Source: an uncultured bacterium (GTDB lineage Bacteria > Bacillota_I > Bacilli_A > RFN20 > CAG-826). From it: a stretch of 64,000 nucleotides of DNA. A model generated the notes under the pieces. That model saw only the letters and a list, made by a program, of their open reading frames with translations. It had not been told where the DNA came from and did not search any database. How positions within the stretch are numbered: the first letter of the stretch is position 1; the number at the start of each line of letters is the position of its first letter. Shown piece after piece: positions 39,249-51,449 of this stretch. The DNA is taken from the NCBI GenBank assembly GCA_949290395.1, contig CASERQ010000004.1, positions 85,598 through 149,597 on the forward strand, read 5' to 3'. Made by a program: the position numbers and the translations under genes.

Positions 39249-39277
39249 TTGACTTTCTACTAGTAGAAAAGTATCAT
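39249..39277 (+). promoter_or_regulatory. Sigma-A-type promoter (TTGACT-17-TATCAT) for the rpmG-secE-nusG operon, with a 12-bp palindrome in the spacer
   Basis: -35 TTGACT 39249-39254. 17-nt spacer containing TCTACTAGTAGA. -10 TATCAT 39272-39277. Confidence 0.5.
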
Positions 39278-39309
39278 TTGTGATAGTTTGTTATGTATAG
39301 GAAAAATCT

Positions 39310-39459
39310 ATGAGAAAAAAAGTTATTTTAATTTGCTCAGAATGTTTATCAAGAAACTATACAACAACTAAGCGAGCCGAAGACAAAACTACTCGTCTTG
39401 AGCTTAATAAGTACTGTCCTCATTGTGGTAAATATACCCTACACAAAGAGAGCAGATAG
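39310..39459 (+). CDS. rpmG: 50S ribosomal protein L33
   Basis: [49 protein letters not shown] (49 aa, CxxC...CxxC zinc ribbon). RBS AGGAAAAAT. Not in the ORF track because of its size. Confidence 0.85.
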   Translation: MRKKVILICSECLSRNYTTTKRAEDKTTRLELNKYCPHCGKYTLHKESR

Positions 39460-39468
39460 GAGGATCTT

Positions 39469-39672
39469 ATGAAAAAAATATTTGGTTATTTCAAAGGTGT
39501 TTTTAAAGAGGGCAAAAGAATTAAATGGCCTGTAAGATCACAATTTGTGGCCTCTGTCGCAGTAGTTTTATGCATTACAATTTTTGCAGCTATTTTCCTT
39601 GCATTAGAAGACTATGCTGGCGGAATTTTAGTTCAACAATTAAGAGATGCATTTAGTTCTTTAAGAGGTTAA
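39469..39672 (+). CDS. secE: Preprotein translocase subunit SecE
   Basis: 67 aa with a single TM helix (VASVAVVLCITIFAAIFLALEDYA). RBS AGGAGGA. Conserved position before nusG. Confidence 0.8.
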   Translation: MKKIFGYFKGVFKEGKRIKWPVRSQFVASVAVVLCITIFAAIFLALEDYAGGILVQQLRDAFSSLRG

Positions 39673-39695
39673 GAAGTTTAGGGGAGGTATAAACT

Positions 39696-40295
39696 ATGGC
39701 AGATGAAACAAATAAGTTAGCTGAAAAGCAATGGTATATTGCAACAACATATAGCGGACACGAACAAAAAGCCGCTGAAAATATCAAAAGACGTATTGAG
39801 AGCATGAATCTTAAGGACTATGTCTTTAGAATTGTTGTTGCTGAAGAACAAGTCCAAGAAAGAGATAAAGATGGCAAATTAAAAGTTGTCAAAAATAAAG
39901 AAACTGGCAAAGAAGAACCAAAAATGAAAATTATTAACCTTTATCCAGGTTATGTTTTCGTTGAAATGATTATGACTGATGAAAGCTGGTTTATGATTAG
40001 AAATACTCCAGGAGTCACAGGTATTGCTGGATCTAGTGGTGGAGGGCAAAAACCTACACCTGTTTCAAGTAGAGAAATTGAAGCTGTCTTAAAAAGAATG
40101 GGTCTTGTTGATAAATCAATGTATGAAGGCTATCACGTTGGTGATAACGTCAAGATTATCAATGGTACATTCAGTGGTCTTGAAGGAAAGATTTCTGAAA
40201 TCAACAAAGAAACTGGAAACGTTACAGTTCAAACAATGTTCTTTGGTAGAGTTACTCCAGTCGAACTTGAATTCTCTGAAATCATTAGAATCTAA
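39696..40295 (+). CDS. nusG: Transcription termination/antitermination factor NusG
   Basis: NGN domain (KQWYIATTYSGHEQKA) and C-terminal KOW motif (GDNVKIINGTFSGLEGKISEI). Confidence 0.9.
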   Translation: MADETNKLAEKQWYIATTYSGHEQKAAENIKRRIESMNLKDYVFRIVVAEEQVQERDKDGKLKVVKNKETGKEEPKMKIINLYPGYVFVEMIMTDESWFMIRNTPGVTGIAGSSGGGQKPTPVSSREIEAVLKRMGLVDKSMYEGYHVGDNVKIINGTFSGLEGKISEINKETGNVTVQTMFFGRVTPVELEFSEIIRI

Positions 40296-40303
40296 GAAAA
40301 CAA

Positions 40304-40331
40304 AAATAAGTGGGCAACCACTTATTTTTTT
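40304..40331 (+). terminator. Rho-independent terminator after nusG
   Basis: ATAAGTGG-gcaa-CCACTTAT hairpin plus T7. Confidence 0.75.
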
Positions 40332-40509
40332 CTAAAAACATTCGATTTGCAGTGTTTTTAAAAAAATTTGAATATTTTATTGTTTATTTTTACAATCGAA
40401 AAAGACTTTTTGAAGGTGATTTTATTTGGCGAGTTAAGTGGAAAAATTGTTTAAAAAATCTTCCTTAAAAATTTGCAAAAAAAATTCTTCAAAAAAATTT
40501 ATTTTTTTC

Positions 40510-40538
40510 TTGCATTATATATTGGAATAGTCTATATT
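40510..40538 (+). promoter_or_regulatory. Sigma-A-type promoter (TTGCAT-17-TATATT) for rplK-rplA
   Basis: -35 TTGCAT 40510-40515. -10 TATATT 40533-40538. Followed by a structured about 95-nt leader (hairpin GCGTTTC-ggcat-GAAACGC at 40546-40564) that may be the L1-binding autoregulatory site. Confidence 0.45.
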
Positions 40539-40637
40539 TATAAAGCGTTTCGGCATGAAACGCTATTAGATATAATCTAATAGGTGGGAGAAGAGGCGAA
40601 CTACTTCGTACCACTAGACATTGAAAGGAGTACTTTA

Positions 40638-41051
40638 ATGGCAAAAAGAGTCGCAAAAGTAGTTAAGATGGAACTTCCTGGCGGCGAAGCAAAACCAGGA
40701 CCAAAATTAGCTAGTGCCGGTGTTGTTATGCCTAAGTTCTGTACAGAATTTAACGCAAAAACAGCTGACAGAAAAGGTGAGGTTGTACCTGTTATTATTA
40801 CAGCCTATGAAGACAAAACCTTCAGCATGGAAATTAAAACTTCCCCAGTTACAGGTTTATTACTTAAAGCTGCTGGAATTGCTAAAGGTAGTTCTAATGC
40901 AAAGACCACAAAAGTTGGAAAGGTCACAAAAGAACAAATTAAGAAAATTGCTGAATACAAAATGCCAGATTTAAATGCAAATGACATTGAAGCAGCAATC
41001 AAGATTATCGAAGGCAGTGCTAGAAATATGGGCATTGACATTGTTGATTAA
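40638..41051 (+). CDS. rplK: 50S ribosomal protein L11
   Basis: MAKRVAKVVKMELPGGEAKPGPKLASAGV... canonical L11 N-terminus. RBS AAAGGAG. The track ORF begins upstream, but ATG 40638 is the conserved start. Confidence 0.9.
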   Translation: MAKRVAKVVKMELPGGEAKPGPKLASAGVVMPKFCTEFNAKTADRKGEVVPVIITAYEDKTFSMEIKTSPVTGLLLKAAGIAKGSSNAKTTKVGKVTKEQIKKIAEYKMPDLNANDIEAAIKIIEGSARNMGIDIVD

Positions 41052-41068
41052 TTAGGAGGAGTAAGAAC

Positions 41069-41746
41069 ATGAAACACGGTAAGAAATATGAAGCTGCTCT
41101 CAAATTAATCGACAAGAACAAAGTTTATTCAGTTCATGAAGCTTGTGAACTCATTAAACAAACATCAGTTACAAAGTTTGATTCAACAGTTGGCGTTTCA
41201 ATGAAACTCAACATCAACACAAAGAAAGCTGATCAACAAGTTAGAGGAACAGTTATTCTTCCAGCCGGTACTGGTAAAGATGTTAGAGTTGTCGCTATTA
41301 CTTCAAAAGTTGATGTCGCTAAAGAAGCTGGTGCAGATTATGCAGGTGGTAAAGAATTACTTGAAAAAATCGTTTCTGAAAAATGGTTTGATTTCGATGT
41401 AATGTGTGCAACCCCTGAAATGATGGGCGAAATTGGTAAAAACGGTAGAGTTTTAGGTCCTAAAGGCTTAATGCCAAACCCAAAAACTGGTACAGTTGGT
41501 CCAGATATCGCCAAAATGATTAAAGAACTTAAAGCTGGTAAAGTTGAATACAGAGCTGACAAAGATGGAAACATCAACGTTGCTGTTGGAAAATGCAGCT
41601 TCGAAACAGACAAACTCGAAGAAAACGTTAAAACTCTTATCAACCAAATCATCAAAGTTAGACCATCCGTTGTTAAAGGAAATTACATCTTATCTTGTTC
41701 AATCCACACAACAATGGGTCCATCTATCAAAGTTCAATTTAATTAA
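41069..41746 (+). CDS. rplA: 50S ribosomal protein L1
   Basis: 225 aa, MKHGKKYEAALKLIDKNKVYSVHEA... with GTVILPAGTGK. RBS AGGAGGAG. Confidence 0.9.
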   Translation: MKHGKKYEAALKLIDKNKVYSVHEACELIKQTSVTKFDSTVGVSMKLNINTKKADQQVRGTVILPAGTGKDVRVVAITSKVDVAKEAGADYAGGKELLEKIVSEKWFDFDVMCATPEMMGEIGKNGRVLGPKGLMPNPKTGTVGPDIAKMIKELKAGKVEYRADKDGNINVAVGKCSFETDKLEENVKTLINQIIKVRPSVVKGNYILSCSIHTTMGPSIKVQFN

Positions 41747-41749
41747 TTT

Positions 41750-41872
41750 AGTTTAGTAGGCAAAATATACCAAAGACAGTAACGGATGAAAGTCTTAATT
41801 ATGTTACCGAGGTGATATTAATATAAAATCCTCATGTATATTTGGCCTCGAAATATATTAGGGAGGTAAAGG
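41750..41872 (+). promoter_or_regulatory. Candidate ribosomal protein L10 leader (autoregulatory rplJL 5' UTR)
   Basis: 120-nt structured intergenic region with paired segments (GTAAC...GTTAC; CCTCATG...; GGCCTCGAAA) directly upstream of the rplJ RBS GGGAGG. Firmicutes commonly carry an L10(L12)4-binding leader here. Confidence 0.3.
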
Positions 41873-42361
41873 ATGAATCAAAGTATCTTAAAGCAAAAAG
41901 AAACTGTGGTTAATGAAGTTACTGACTTAATGAAAAGTAATAAAGCAACTGTTGTTTGCGAATATCGTGGACTTACAGTTGATGAAATTACAACATTAAG
42001 AAAAACTTTAAGAGAAAAGAATGCTGTTGCTACAGTTTACAAGAACTCTCTTGTAACAAGAGCAGCTGAAAATCTCAACCACAAGGATTTTGATCAATAC
42101 CTTAGCGGACCAAACATGTTTATCTTCATGGAAGATTACTCTAATGGTTCATTAAAGGCTGTTGCAAAATTTGCTAAAAAGTATGATGCTTTCTCAATTA
42201 AAGGTGGCATCATCGAAGAAAAAGTATGTGATGCTGATTTCGTTAAACAAATCGCTGCATTACCATCAAAAGAAGGTCTTGTTTCTATGTTATTAAGCGT
42301 ATTACAAGCACCTATGAGAAACTTAGCTTACTCATTAAGCCAAGTTGCAGAAAAGAAATAA
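41873..42361 (+). CDS. rplJ: 50S ribosomal protein L10
   Basis: 162 aa. Conserved position and composition. Confidence 0.9.
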   Translation: MNQSILKQKETVVNEVTDLMKSNKATVVCEYRGLTVDEITTLRKTLREKNAVATVYKNSLVTRAAENLNHKDFDQYLSGPNMFIFMEDYSNGSLKAVAKFAKKYDAFSIKGGIIEEKVCDADFVKQIAALPSKEGLVSMLLSVLQAPMRNLAYSLSQVAEKK

Positions 42362-42388
42362 ATTGCTAAATAAATGGAGGAAATAAAA

Positions 42389-42763
42389 ATGGCAAAATTA
42401 ACAAATGAAGAAATTATCGCTGCTGTTAAAGAAATGACAGTTGTTGAATTAAATGATCTTGTAAAAGCAATCGAAGACGAATTCGGTGTTACAGCTGCTG
42501 CTCCTGTCGCTGCTGCTGCAGCTCCAGCTGAAGAAGAAGAAAAGAAAGGACCAACCGAAGTTACATTAACACTCAAAGCATGTGGTGCTAACAAGGTTGC
42601 TACAATCAAAGCAGTTCAAGCTATCACTGGCTTAGGCTTAATGGATGCAAAGAAACTTGTCGATGCTGCTCCAAGTGTTGTTAAAGAACATATCTCACCT
42701 GTTGAAGCAGAAGAACACAAGAAAGCATTAGAAGCTGCTGGTGCTCAAGTTGAAATTAAATAG
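42389..42763 (+). CDS. rplL: 50S ribosomal protein L7/L12
   Basis: [34 protein letters not shown], Ala/Glu-rich hinge, C-terminal KEAKDLVE-like domain. RBS GGAGG places the start at 42389. Confidence 0.9.
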   Translation: MAKLTNEEIIAAVKEMTVVELNDLVKAIEDEFGVTAAAPVAAAAAPAEEEEKKGPTEVTLTLKACGANKVATIKAVQAITGLGLMDAKKLVDAAPSVVKEHISPVEAEEHKKALEAAGAQVEIK

Positions 42764-42785
42764 TTTTAACAAAAACCAATTTAAT

Positions 42786-42815
42786 ACCTGCTCTATTTTA
42801 TAGGGCAGGTTTTTG
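42786..42815 (+). terminator. Terminator/attenuator between rplL and the downstream methyltransferase-rpoBC genes
   Basis: ACCTGCTCTA-tttta-TAGGGCAGGT hairpin (one mismatch) plus TTTT. Confidence 0.6.
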
Positions 42816-42834
42816 CCTATTTATAGAAGAAGAT

Positions 42835-43425
42835 ATGAATCATTATTTTATCTATGATCCTAGCCAAAAATCCCACGAAAGAGAGATTAAATTTGAAATT
42901 TTAGGCAAAGAAATCTCACTTAAGACGGATGTTGGTGTCTTCTCAAATAAGGCGATTGATAAGGGAAGTTATTTTTTCTTAAAGACTCTCTTGTCGCTAA
43001 ATTTATATGGTAAAGTTCTAGACCTTGGATGTGGGTATGGAGCAATAGGAGTTCCTCTTAAATTATTTTTAAAAGATAAAATTGAACTCACTTGTTCTGA
43101 TATCAATCCTAAATGCGTAGAACTAACTAGTAGAAACTTAAGGCTATACGATTTGGATGGTAAATGCTCTCTAAGTGACGGCTACTTATTATTAAATGGG
43201 ACATTTGATTTTATAGTGTTTAATCCTCCTATCTCGATAGGTAAAGAAAAAATTTACTCTATTTATAAAGATAGTAAGGAACATTTAAATGAAAAGGGGA
43301 AACTATATCTAGTCATTCGTAAAGATAAAGGAGCCTATTCCCACATGGAATATCTTAAAACCTTATTTAACTCGGTTGAGATTATTGAAAAGGAAAAAGG
43401 ATATTTCGTTATCGAATGTTTGTAG
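42835..43425 (+). CDS. Class I SAM-dependent methyltransferase (YbxB/RsmC-like small rRNA methyltransferase)
   Basis: Motif I VLDLGCGYGAIG and motif IV FDFIVFNPPI. Occupies the ybxB position between rplL and rpoB as in Bacillus. Confidence 0.7.
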   Translation: MNHYFIYDPSQKSHEREIKFEILGKEISLKTDVGVFSNKAIDKGSYFFLKTLLSLNLYGKVLDLGCGYGAIGVPLKLFLKDKIELTCSDINPKCVELTSRNLRLYDLDGKCSLSDGYLLLNGTFDFIVFNPPISIGKEKIYSIYKDSKEHLNEKGKLYLVIRKDKGAYSHMEYLKTLFNSVEIIEKEKGYFVIECL

Positions 43426-43440
43426 AAGGAGACGTATTAG

Positions 43441-46400
43441 ATGAAATCTTATAAGGATTATCCAAAGATTAACAACGATCGTATTAATTTCTCCAAGATA
43501 AGTGGAAATCTTGAACTTCCTTACCTTGTTGAAATTCAAACTGAATCTTACAAAAACTTCCTCAAAAATGGTATTGATGAGGTCTTTAGGGATGTATTCC
43601 CTATTAGTAATTATGGCGAAACAATGTCCATCGTCTATAATTCTTTCCGAATTGATGCTCCTAAACACACATACTTAGAGTGTAAAGAAAAAGATTTAAC
43701 ATACAGTGCACCATTAACTGTTAACTTAAGACTTGTTTTAAAAGAAACAGGTGAATTTGTTGATAGCGATGTCTTTATGGGTGATATCCCACTCATGACT
43801 GAAAGTGGAACTTTTATTGTAAATGGTGCAGAAAGAGTTATTGTCTCTCAAATTGTTAGATCTCCAGGCGCTTATTTATCAAAAACTTTTGATAACAAAT
43901 TTGGTAAATATTTATACAATGCCGATTTAATTCCTGCTCGTGGTACTTGGCTTGAATTTGAAAGCGATGCTAAAGGCTACTTATGGGTTAGAATTGATCG
44001 TCAAAGAAAAATGCCAGCTGTTATTTTATTGAAGGCTTTAGGCATTGAAAGTGATGAAGATATTTTAAATCTTTTTGGAGATAGAGAAACTTTAAGACTT
44101 ACTTTATCAAAAGATGTTGACACCAAAACATCATTAAAAGCTTTAAAAGAAATCTTCAGAAAATTAAAACCAGGCGAACCAATTACAGATGAAGGTGTTC
44201 ATACTTTCTTAGTTCAAAAATTCTTTGATGCTAAACGTTATGATTTAGGTCGTGCTGGTAGATTTAAATACGCTAAAAAACTTGGCATTTATAACAGACT
44301 TGAAAACAGAATTCTTGCTGAAAATCTTGTAAGTGCTGAAGGTGAAATTAAATACAAAAAGGGTACTCTTTTAACAAAAGAAATGGTTGATGGTCTTCAA
44401 GATGAAGAATTCTTCGAAAAAGGTGCTCATAGATTTGATATTTCAGTTAACGAAAAACTTGATACACATGGTACAGTAAATATTGTTAAAGTTTTTGCTG
44501 ATGATAAAGAAGATGTAATTTCTAACGTCATCGGTACCGATTTAAATTTAACTGAAACAAGAGTTACAATCTCTGATATGATTGCAATTTTCAGCTATTT
44601 CATTAACTTAATGGATGGCTTTGGCAACGTCGACGATATTGATAACCTTTCAAATAGACGTATTAGATCAGTTGGTGAACTTATTCAAACTCAATTCAGA
44701 ATTGGTCTTACAAAGATGGCTAAAAACATCACTCAAAAGATGTCTGTTACAACCGGAACAGAAACAAAAGATTCTCCAAAATCTTTAATTAACATTAAAC
44801 CTCTTGCAAGTGCAATTCGTGAATTCTTCTCTTCATCCCAACTTTCTCAATTCATGGATCAAACCAATCCTCTTGCAGAACTTGCTAATAAACGTAGAAT
44901 TTCTGCTTTAGGTCCTGGCGGATTAACTCGTGATAGAGCAAGTATGGAAGTCAGAGACGTTCACTTTACTCACTATGGTAGAATCTGTCCTATTGAAACT
45001 CCTGAAGGACAAAACATTGGTTTAATTAATAACCTTGCAACTTATGCAAAAATTAATAAATACGGATTTATCGAGACTCCTTATAGACTTGTTGATAAAG
45101 AAAGTGGCGAAATCTTAGAAAAAACAGTTTATTTATCAGCTGATGAAGAAAACAACCACGTAATCGCTCAAGCTACAAGAGAAGATATCGTAGATCACAA
45201 ACTTGCTAACGATAAAATCGTTGCTAGATATAATGGAAGGAACATTCTTGCTGATAGAAAAGATGTTGATTACATTGATGAATCACCAATGCAAATCGTT
45301 TCTGTTGCAGCTGCTTGTATTCCTTTCCTTGAAAACGATGATAACACCCGTGCTCTCATGGGTGCTAACATGCAAAGACAAGCTCTTCCACTTTTAAAAC
45401 CACATGCTCCATACGTTGGAACTGGTTTAGAGCACAAGATTGCTCATGACTGTGGACTTGCTGTTGTTTCAGCTGGTGATGGTATTGTTACTTATAGCGA
45501 TTCAACAAAGATCGTTGTCCAAGAAAAAGAAGGTGCTAGAACATATCACCTCCAAAAATATGAAAGAAGTAATAACGGCACATGTATTAACCAAAGAAGC
45601 ATTGTAAAAGTTGGTCAAGAAGTTAAAAAAGGTCAACTTATCGCTGATGGTCCTTCAATGGAAAACGGTGATCTTGCTTTAGGTCAAAACGTCGTTGTTG
45701 CTTTCATGACTTGGGAAGGTCTTAACTACGAAGACGCTATCATCTTAAACGAAAGACTTGTTAAAGATGATGTTTATACAACAATTCATATCGAAAGCTA
45801 TGAAATTGAATGTAGAGATACCAAAAACGGTAAAGAATATTTAACTCCAGATGTTCCAAATATTGGAATTGATGGTAAGAGACATCTCGATGATAGAGGT
45901 ATTGTCTATCCTGGAACAGATGTCAAAGAAGGCGATATCCTTGTTGGTAAAGTTACTCCAAAAGGAACAAGCGAACCTTCCCCAGATCAAAAATTACTTG
46001 ATGCTATCTTTGGTGATAAATCAAAAGATGGTAAAGATACATCTTTAAGAGTACCACATGGTGGAGCTGGTACAGTATTAGACGTCAAAGTCTTTACTCG
46101 TGAAAATCAAGACGAACTTGCTCCTGGCGTTAACATTAAAGTTAGAGTCTATGTTGCTCAAAAGAGAAAAATCTCTGAAGGTGATAAGATGTCTGGAAGA
46201 CACGGTAATAAAGGTGTTATTTCACGTATTGTTCCAAGTGAAGATATGCCATTCCTTCCAGATGGCACTCCAGTAGATATTTTACTTAACCCTCAAGGTG
46301 TTCCATCCCGTATGAATATTGGTCAAATTCTTGAAGTTCACTTAGGTATGGCTTGTAAAGCTCTTGGTGGATTAAAGATTGCTACCCCTGTTTTTGATGG

Positions 46401-47037
46401 CATTTCAAACGATGAAATCATGGAAATGATGAAAGAAGCTAAGATGCCAGGCGATGGTAAATATACACTTTATGATGGTAGAACTGGTGAGAAGTTTGAT
46501 GAAAGAATTAACGTTGGTGTTATGTATATGATTAAACTTGTTCACATGGTTGATGATAAACTTCACGCACGTGCTACTGGACCTTACTCAATGGTTACAC
46601 AACAACCACTTGGTGGTAAAGCTCAGAACGGTGGTCAAAGATTTGGTGAAATGGAAGTCTGGGCTCTTGAAGCTTATGGTGCAGCCAATATTCTCCAAGA
46701 AATGATGACCATTAAATCTGATGATAGAGTTGGAAGAAGAAAAGCTTATGAATCAATTATCAAAGGCAAACCACTTCCAAAACCTTCAATTCCTGAAGCA
46801 TTTAAAGTTTTAACTAAAGAACTTATGGGCTTAGGAATGGACGTTGAACTTACATCAAAAGATGGCAAGATTGTCGATATGGATTCTCTTGCTAGACAAA
46901 CTCAACAAGAAGAACAACGTTCTATGTCTTCCATTAGAAACTTAGGTCGTGAATCTTCTAGCGAAAGAAACTTAATTCTTGAAAACGATTTTGATACCGA
47001 TGGTAGTCAAGAATCGATCAATGACTTATTCAATTAA
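43441..47037 (+). CDS. rpoB: DNA-directed RNA polymerase subunit beta
   Basis: 1198 aa with canonical RpoB blocks (e.g. [38 protein letters not shown]). Confidence 0.95.
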   Translation: MKSYKDYPKINNDRINFSKISGNLELPYLVEIQTESYKNFLKNGIDEVFRDVFPISNYGETMSIVYNSFRIDAPKHTYLECKEKDLTYSAPLTVNLRLVLKETGEFVDSDVFMGDIPLMTESGTFIVNGAERVIVSQIVRSPGAYLSKTFDNKFGKYLYNADLIPARGTWLEFESDAKGYLWVRIDRQRKMPAVILLKALGIESDEDILNLFGDRETLRLTLSKDVDTKTSLKALKEIFRKLKPGEPITDEGVHTFLVQKFFDAKRYDLGRAGRFKYAKKLGIYNRLENRILAENLVSAEGEIKYKKGTLLTKEMVDGLQDEEFFEKGAHRFDISVNEKLDTHGTVNIVKVFADDKEDVISNVIGTDLNLTETRVTISDMIAIFSYFINLMDGFGNVDDIDNLSNRRIRSVGELIQTQFRIGLTKMAKNITQKMSVTTGTETKDSPKSLINIKPLASAIREFFSSSQLSQFMDQTNPLAELANKRRISALGPGGLTRDRASMEVRDVHFTHYGRICPIETPEGQNIGLINNLATYAKINKYGFIETPYRLVDKESGEILEKTVYLSADEENNHVIAQATREDIVDHKLANDKIVARYNGRNILADRKDVDYIDESPMQIVSVAAACIPFLENDDNTRALMGANMQRQALPLLKPHAPYVGTGLEHKIAHDCGLAVVSAGDGIVTYSDSTKIVVQEKEGARTYHLQKYERSNNGTCINQRSIVKVGQEVKKGQLIADGPSMENGDLALGQNVVVAFMTWEGLNYEDAIILNERLVKDDVYTTIHIESYEIECRDTKNGKEYLTPDVPNIGIDGKRHLDDRGIVYPGTDVKEGDILVGKVTPKGTSEPSPDQKLLDAIFGDKSKDGKDTSLRVPHGGAGTVLDVKVFTRENQDELAPGVNIKVRVYVAQKRKISEGDKMSGRHGNKGVISRIVPSEDMPFLPDGTPVDILLNPQGVPSRMNIGQILEVHLGMACKALGGLKIATPVFDGISNDEIMEMMKEAKMPGDGKYTLYDGRTGEKFDERINVGVMYMIKLVHMVDDKLHARATGPYSMVTQQPLGGKAQNGGQRFGEMEVWALEAYGAANILQEMMTIKSDDRVGRRKAYESIIKGKPLPKPSIPEAFKVLTKELMGLGMDVELTSKDGKIVDMDSLARQTQQEEQRSMSSIRNLGRESSSERNLILENDFDTDGSQESINDLFN

Positions 47038-47054
47038 TAAGGGAGGTAATAGTT

Positions 47055-50000
47055 GTGTTTGATGTCGAAAAATTAGCTAGTATTAAAGTTGGATTAGCAT
47101 CTCCTGAAAAAATTAGAGAATGGTCACATGGTGAAGTTACAAAACCAGAAACCATCAACTACAGAAGCCAAAAGCCAGAAATGGATGGCTTATTCTGCGA
47201 AAAAATCTTTGGACCTAGCAAAGATTATGAATGTCATTGTGGTAAATATAAAAAGATTAGATATGCAGGTGTCGTTTGTGAAAAATGTGGCGTTGAAGTC
47301 ATTTCTAAAGAAGTTAGAAGAGAAAGAATGGGCCATATTGAACTTGCTTCACCATGCTCTCACATCTGGTATTTAAAAGGTATTCCTTCAAGAATGGGTC
47401 TTGTCTTAGACGTTTCCCCAAAAGCTCTTGAAGAAGTTATCTATTTCTCAGCTCATATCTGCTTAAACCCAGGTACATGTAAAGCTTTATATTACAAACA
47501 ATTCTTAGACGATAGAATTGGTAGAGAAACTTTCATCACTGCTATTAAAGAAATTGATGAAGGTATCGATAAAGAAACTTTTGAACACACCAAAGCTTTA
47601 GAACTTTTAGAGAGATTACATAATCCAAATGAACCATTTGATTTCTTCTCTTGCGCTGAATTTATTAGTGATCACACTGGTGCTGAATTTGGTGAAGGTG
47701 CTGAAGCTATCAAAAGACTTTTAAAAGAAGTTCAAATTGATGACTTTAAAGGCAAAAACGATCTTGGTGAAGATGTTTTTGTTGAAGGTGAATTCTCAAA
47801 AGTTAGTAAAGAAATTAAGAATTCAAGTGGTCAAAAAAGACAAAAACTTATCAAAAGACTTGAAGTCTTAGATGCATTTAGAAAATCAAACAACAAACCA
47901 GAATGGATGATTTTAGATGCATTACCAGTCATACCACCAGATTTAAGACCAATGTTACAACTTGATGGTGGTAGATTTGCAACTTCCGATTTAAACGATT
48001 TATATAGAAGAATTATTACTCGTAATAATCGTCTTAAAAAACTTATCGATCTTGGAGCGCCTTACGTTATCTTAATGAACGAAAAGAGAATGCTTCAAGA
48101 AGCAGTCGATGCTTTAATCGATAATGGTAGAAGAAATGGTAAACCAGTTACTGGTCCAAATGGCAGACCTCTTAAATCATTATCTGGTGCTTTAAAAGGT
48201 AAACAAGGTAGATTTAGACAAAACTTACTTGGTAAGAGAGTCGATTACTCTGGCCGTTCCGTTATTGCTATTGGTCCTACACTTAAGATGTATCAATGTG
48301 GACTTCCACGTGAAATGGCAATTAACCTTTTAAGACCATATATTGCTGCTGTTTTAATTAAAGAAGGCAAATGTTTATTACATAGACAAGCTGATAAGAA
48401 GATTGATAATAGAGATAGCGACGTTTATGACGTTGTTGAAAAAATTATCTCTCAACACCCAGTCTTACTTAACCGTGCACCTACACTTCATAGACTTGGT
48501 ATTCAAGCTTTCCAACCAATCCTTGTTGAAGGTAGAGCAATCAGACTTCACCCACTTGTTTGTACTGGATTCAATGCTGACTTCGATGGTGACCAAATGG
48601 CTGTTCACGTTCCACTTTCAAAGGCTGCCCAAGAAGAAGCTATTGATTTAATGCTTGCAAGTAATAATATTCTTGCTCCAAAAGACGGAAAACCAATCGT
48701 TACTCCATCTCAAGATATCTTAATCGGTAACTATTATTTAACTACCGAAGAGAGTAAAGAAGACTTCTTAAGACAAGCTGATAAATATGAAAGCTTAGGC
48801 GACACAGATAGAGCAAATCAATATCGTAAATTCGCTAATATGGAAGGTAAAGTCTTCAAAGATATTAACGAATGTTATAAATGTTATGAATTAGGTGAAA
48901 TTCATTTACATAACAGAATTGCAATTCCAGGAAGAGAAATGAAGAGAAAATCATTTACTCCTGAAATGAATAATTCATATCTTATTACAACTGTTGGTAA
49001 AGTTATCTTTAACTTTGCTTTCCCAACAGATTTCCCATATATCAATGATGGTTCTAAAGAAAACTTAAAGGGAAATGTTTCTAGATTCTTCGTTCCAAAA
49101 GGAACAAATATTGCTGAATTTATTAAAAACAGTCCAATTAAAGAACCAATTGGTAAAAAACAAATTACTGCAATTATTGATCAAGTCTATCAAGATTATG
49201 GAACAACAAAAACTTCCGCAGTCCTTGATAAGATTAAAGACCAAGGTTACAGATTCTCAACTTTAAGTGGTTTAACAGTTGCTATTAGTGATATTTATGT
49301 CGTCAAAGAAAAAGACGAATTTATCTCTAAAGGTGATGAAAGAATTGCTGAAATTGATAAATTATTCAATAAAGGTTATCTTACAGACGCTGAAAGACAC
49401 GCAAAAGTTGTTGAAGTTTGGAACCAAATCAACAGTAAAGTTGCAGATGATGTTCAAGACACCTTATCCAAAGATAAGAGAAACCCACTTTATATCATGT
49501 GGAACTCAGGCGCTAGAGGTAGTAAATCTAACTTCGCACAACTTATGGGTATGAGAGGTCTTATGGCTTCTACAAGTGGTGATACTATTGAACTTCCTGT
49601 TAAATCCTGTTTCCGTGAAGGTCTTAACGTTGCTGAATTCTTTACTGGTACTCACGGTGCTAGAAAAGGTGGTGCTGATACCGCATTAAAGACTGCTGAC
49701 TCAGGTTACCTCACACGTAGACTTGTTGATGTTTCTCAAGACGTTATCGTTAGAGAAGCTGATTGTCACACAGACCATGGAACAGTTGTTAAAGACATTG
49801 TTAATACAGCTCAAAACCAAGTCATCGTCTCTTTAGAAGATAGACTTATTGGTAGATTCTCTTGTCACGATATCATTCACCCTGAAACTGGAGAAGTTAT
49901 CGTTGCTGCAAATAATATGATTGATGAAAATCTTGCAAAAGAAATCGTTAATGCTGGTATTAAAGAAGTTGAAATCAGATCCTTATTTGGTTGTCAAACA

Positions 50001-51065
50001 AAGGATGGTGTCTGTCAACACTGTTATGGTAGAAATCTTGCTACAGGTAAACTTGTTGAAATTGGTGAAGCTGTTGGTATTATGGCTGCTCAATCCATTG
50101 GTGAACCAGGTACTCAACTTACCATGAGAACATTCCACTCTGGTGGTGTTGCTACAAGTGAAGATATTACTCAAGGTCTCCCTAGAGTCCAAGAACTTTT
50201 TGAAGCCAGAAATCCAAAAGGTGAAGCAACAATTTCTGAAATCAGTGGTCAAGTTACTAATATTGAAGATAGAAATGGTAGCTATTATGTAACTGTCACC
50301 AATGATCTTGAAGAAAGATCTTACTTAACTAACTTTGGTGCTAGACTTAGAGTTAAAAAAGGTGATTTTATCAAAAATGGTGGCAAAATTACAGAAGGTG
50401 CTATCTCACCTAAGAAACTTCTTGAAGTTAGTGATGTTAACTCAGTTCAAAACTACATTATTAAAGAAGTTCAAAAAGTTTATAGAGTTCAAGGTATTGC
50501 AATTAGCGATAAACACATTGAAGTTATCGTTAGACAAATGTTAAGAAAAGTCGTTATTGTTGATAGTGGCGATACCGATATGATTCCTGGAACAAGAGTT
50601 TCACTTCCAGAATTTACAAAGAATAACAAAGTTGCTTTACTTGCTGGAAAACGTCCTGCAGTTGCAACTCCACTTATTCTTGGTATTACAAAAGCTGCTC
50701 TTGAAACAGATTCCTTCTTATCAGCTGCATCCTTCCAAGAAACAACTCGTGTTCTTACCGATGCTGCAATCAAAGGTAAAGTTGACCCATTACATGGCTT
50801 AAAAGAAAACGTCATCACTGGTAAACTTATTCCAGCTGGCAGAGGATTAATTTCTAGAGAAAAAGAGAAAGAAATTCTTACAAACTTCGATGTTTTAGGA
50901 AGAATGGCAGAAGTCAAGAAACAATACGTTGGAGTTCACGATAGAAGTGAGGAAGATAACGATCACAGCAAAGAAATCTATGCTGATATCCAATCATTAG
51001 ATACAGAAGGTATGATTACTTCTAAACCTGATGACAATCTCTTCAAAACTGCTTTCGAAAACTAA
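47055..51065 (+). CDS. rpoC: DNA-directed RNA polymerase subunit beta'
   Basis: 1336 aa. GTG start 8 nt after GGGAGG. Zinc-finger [20 protein letters not shown], catalytic [12 protein letters not shown]. Extended C-terminus. Confidence 0.95.
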   Translation: MFDVEKLASIKVGLASPEKIREWSHGEVTKPETINYRSQKPEMDGLFCEKIFGPSKDYECHCGKYKKIRYAGVVCEKCGVEVISKEVRRERMGHIELASPCSHIWYLKGIPSRMGLVLDVSPKALEEVIYFSAHICLNPGTCKALYYKQFLDDRIGRETFITAIKEIDEGIDKETFEHTKALELLERLHNPNEPFDFFSCAEFISDHTGAEFGEGAEAIKRLLKEVQIDDFKGKNDLGEDVFVEGEFSKVSKEIKNSSGQKRQKLIKRLEVLDAFRKSNNKPEWMILDALPVIPPDLRPMLQLDGGRFATSDLNDLYRRIITRNNRLKKLIDLGAPYVILMNEKRMLQEAVDALIDNGRRNGKPVTGPNGRPLKSLSGALKGKQGRFRQNLLGKRVDYSGRSVIAIGPTLKMYQCGLPREMAINLLRPYIAAVLIKEGKCLLHRQADKKIDNRDSDVYDVVEKIISQHPVLLNRAPTLHRLGIQAFQPILVEGRAIRLHPLVCTGFNADFDGDQMAVHVPLSKAAQEEAIDLMLASNNILAPKDGKPIVTPSQDILIGNYYLTTEESKEDFLRQADKYESLGDTDRANQYRKFANMEGKVFKDINECYKCYELGEIHLHNRIAIPGREMKRKSFTPEMNNSYLITTVGKVIFNFAFPTDFPYINDGSKENLKGNVSRFFVPKGTNIAEFIKNSPIKEPIGKKQITAIIDQVYQDYGTTKTSAVLDKIKDQGYRFSTLSGLTVAISDIYVVKEKDEFISKGDERIAEIDKLFNKGYLTDAERHAKVVEVWNQINSKVADDVQDTLSKDKRNPLYIMWNSGARGSKSNFAQLMGMRGLMASTSGDTIELPVKSCFREGLNVAEFFTGTHGARKGGADTALKTADSGYLTRRLVDVSQDVIVREADCHTDHGTVVKDIVNTAQNQVIVSLEDRLIGRFSCHDIIHPETGEVIVAANNMIDENLAKEIVNAGIKEVEIRSLFGCQTKDGVCQHCYGRNLATGKLVEIGEAVGIMAAQSIGEPGTQLTMRTFHSGGVATSEDITQGLPRVQELFEARNPKGEATISEISGQVTNIEDRNGSYYVTVTNDLEERSYLTNFGARLRVKKGDFIKNGGKITEGAISPKKLLEVSDVNSVQNYIIKEVQKVYRVQGIAISDKHIEVIVRQMLRKVVIVDSGDTDMIPGTRVSLPEFTKNNKVALLAGKRPAVATPLILGITKAALETDSFLSAASFQETTRVLTDAAIKGKVDPLHGLKENVITGKLIPAGRGLISREKEKEILTNFDVLGRMAEVKKQYVGVHDRSEEDNDHSKEIYADIQSLDTEGMITSKPDDNLFKTAFEN

Positions 51066-51074
51066 CTTAAATTT

Positions 51075-51102
51075 AGAGCTAGATTGATTTCTAGCTCTTT
51101 TT
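51075..51102 (+). terminator. Rho-independent terminator after rpoC
   Basis: AGAGCTAG-attgattt-CTAGCTCT hairpin plus TTTT. Confidence 0.8.
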
Positions 51103-51449
51103 ATGTGGGAAAATTTGAAGCTTTGAAAAGAGGTAGTTGATTTTAAAAGAAAATATAAATTTAGAATTTCTACTTCCAAAAAACTGCAATTTCGAACAAT
51201 TTTTTCGAGGTGTGCCACACGTTGGCATTTTTAGAAAATATTTCATTGAAAATTTTTCGTTTTTACCCTTTTGCCTAAAAACCACGCAAAATTACACTAT
51301 TTTTTCTTTTTATTACTTAAATTAATGAAATATTTTTATTTTATAGTGTCATATCTTGCATATTAAACTTTAGGACAAATTTAAAATAAGAAATAAGTGG
51401 AAATATTATATATAATATTTAGGCTATTTAAGATCCATGTGAAGGAGTT

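Noticed and set aside
45203-50917. Multiple 60-140-aa ORFs inside rpoB/rpoC on both strands (e.g. 45203..45397, 47128..47376, 48403..48651, 50489..50917)
   Set aside because: They are embedded in highly conserved RNA polymerase coding sequence, with no independent start signals. They are spurious.
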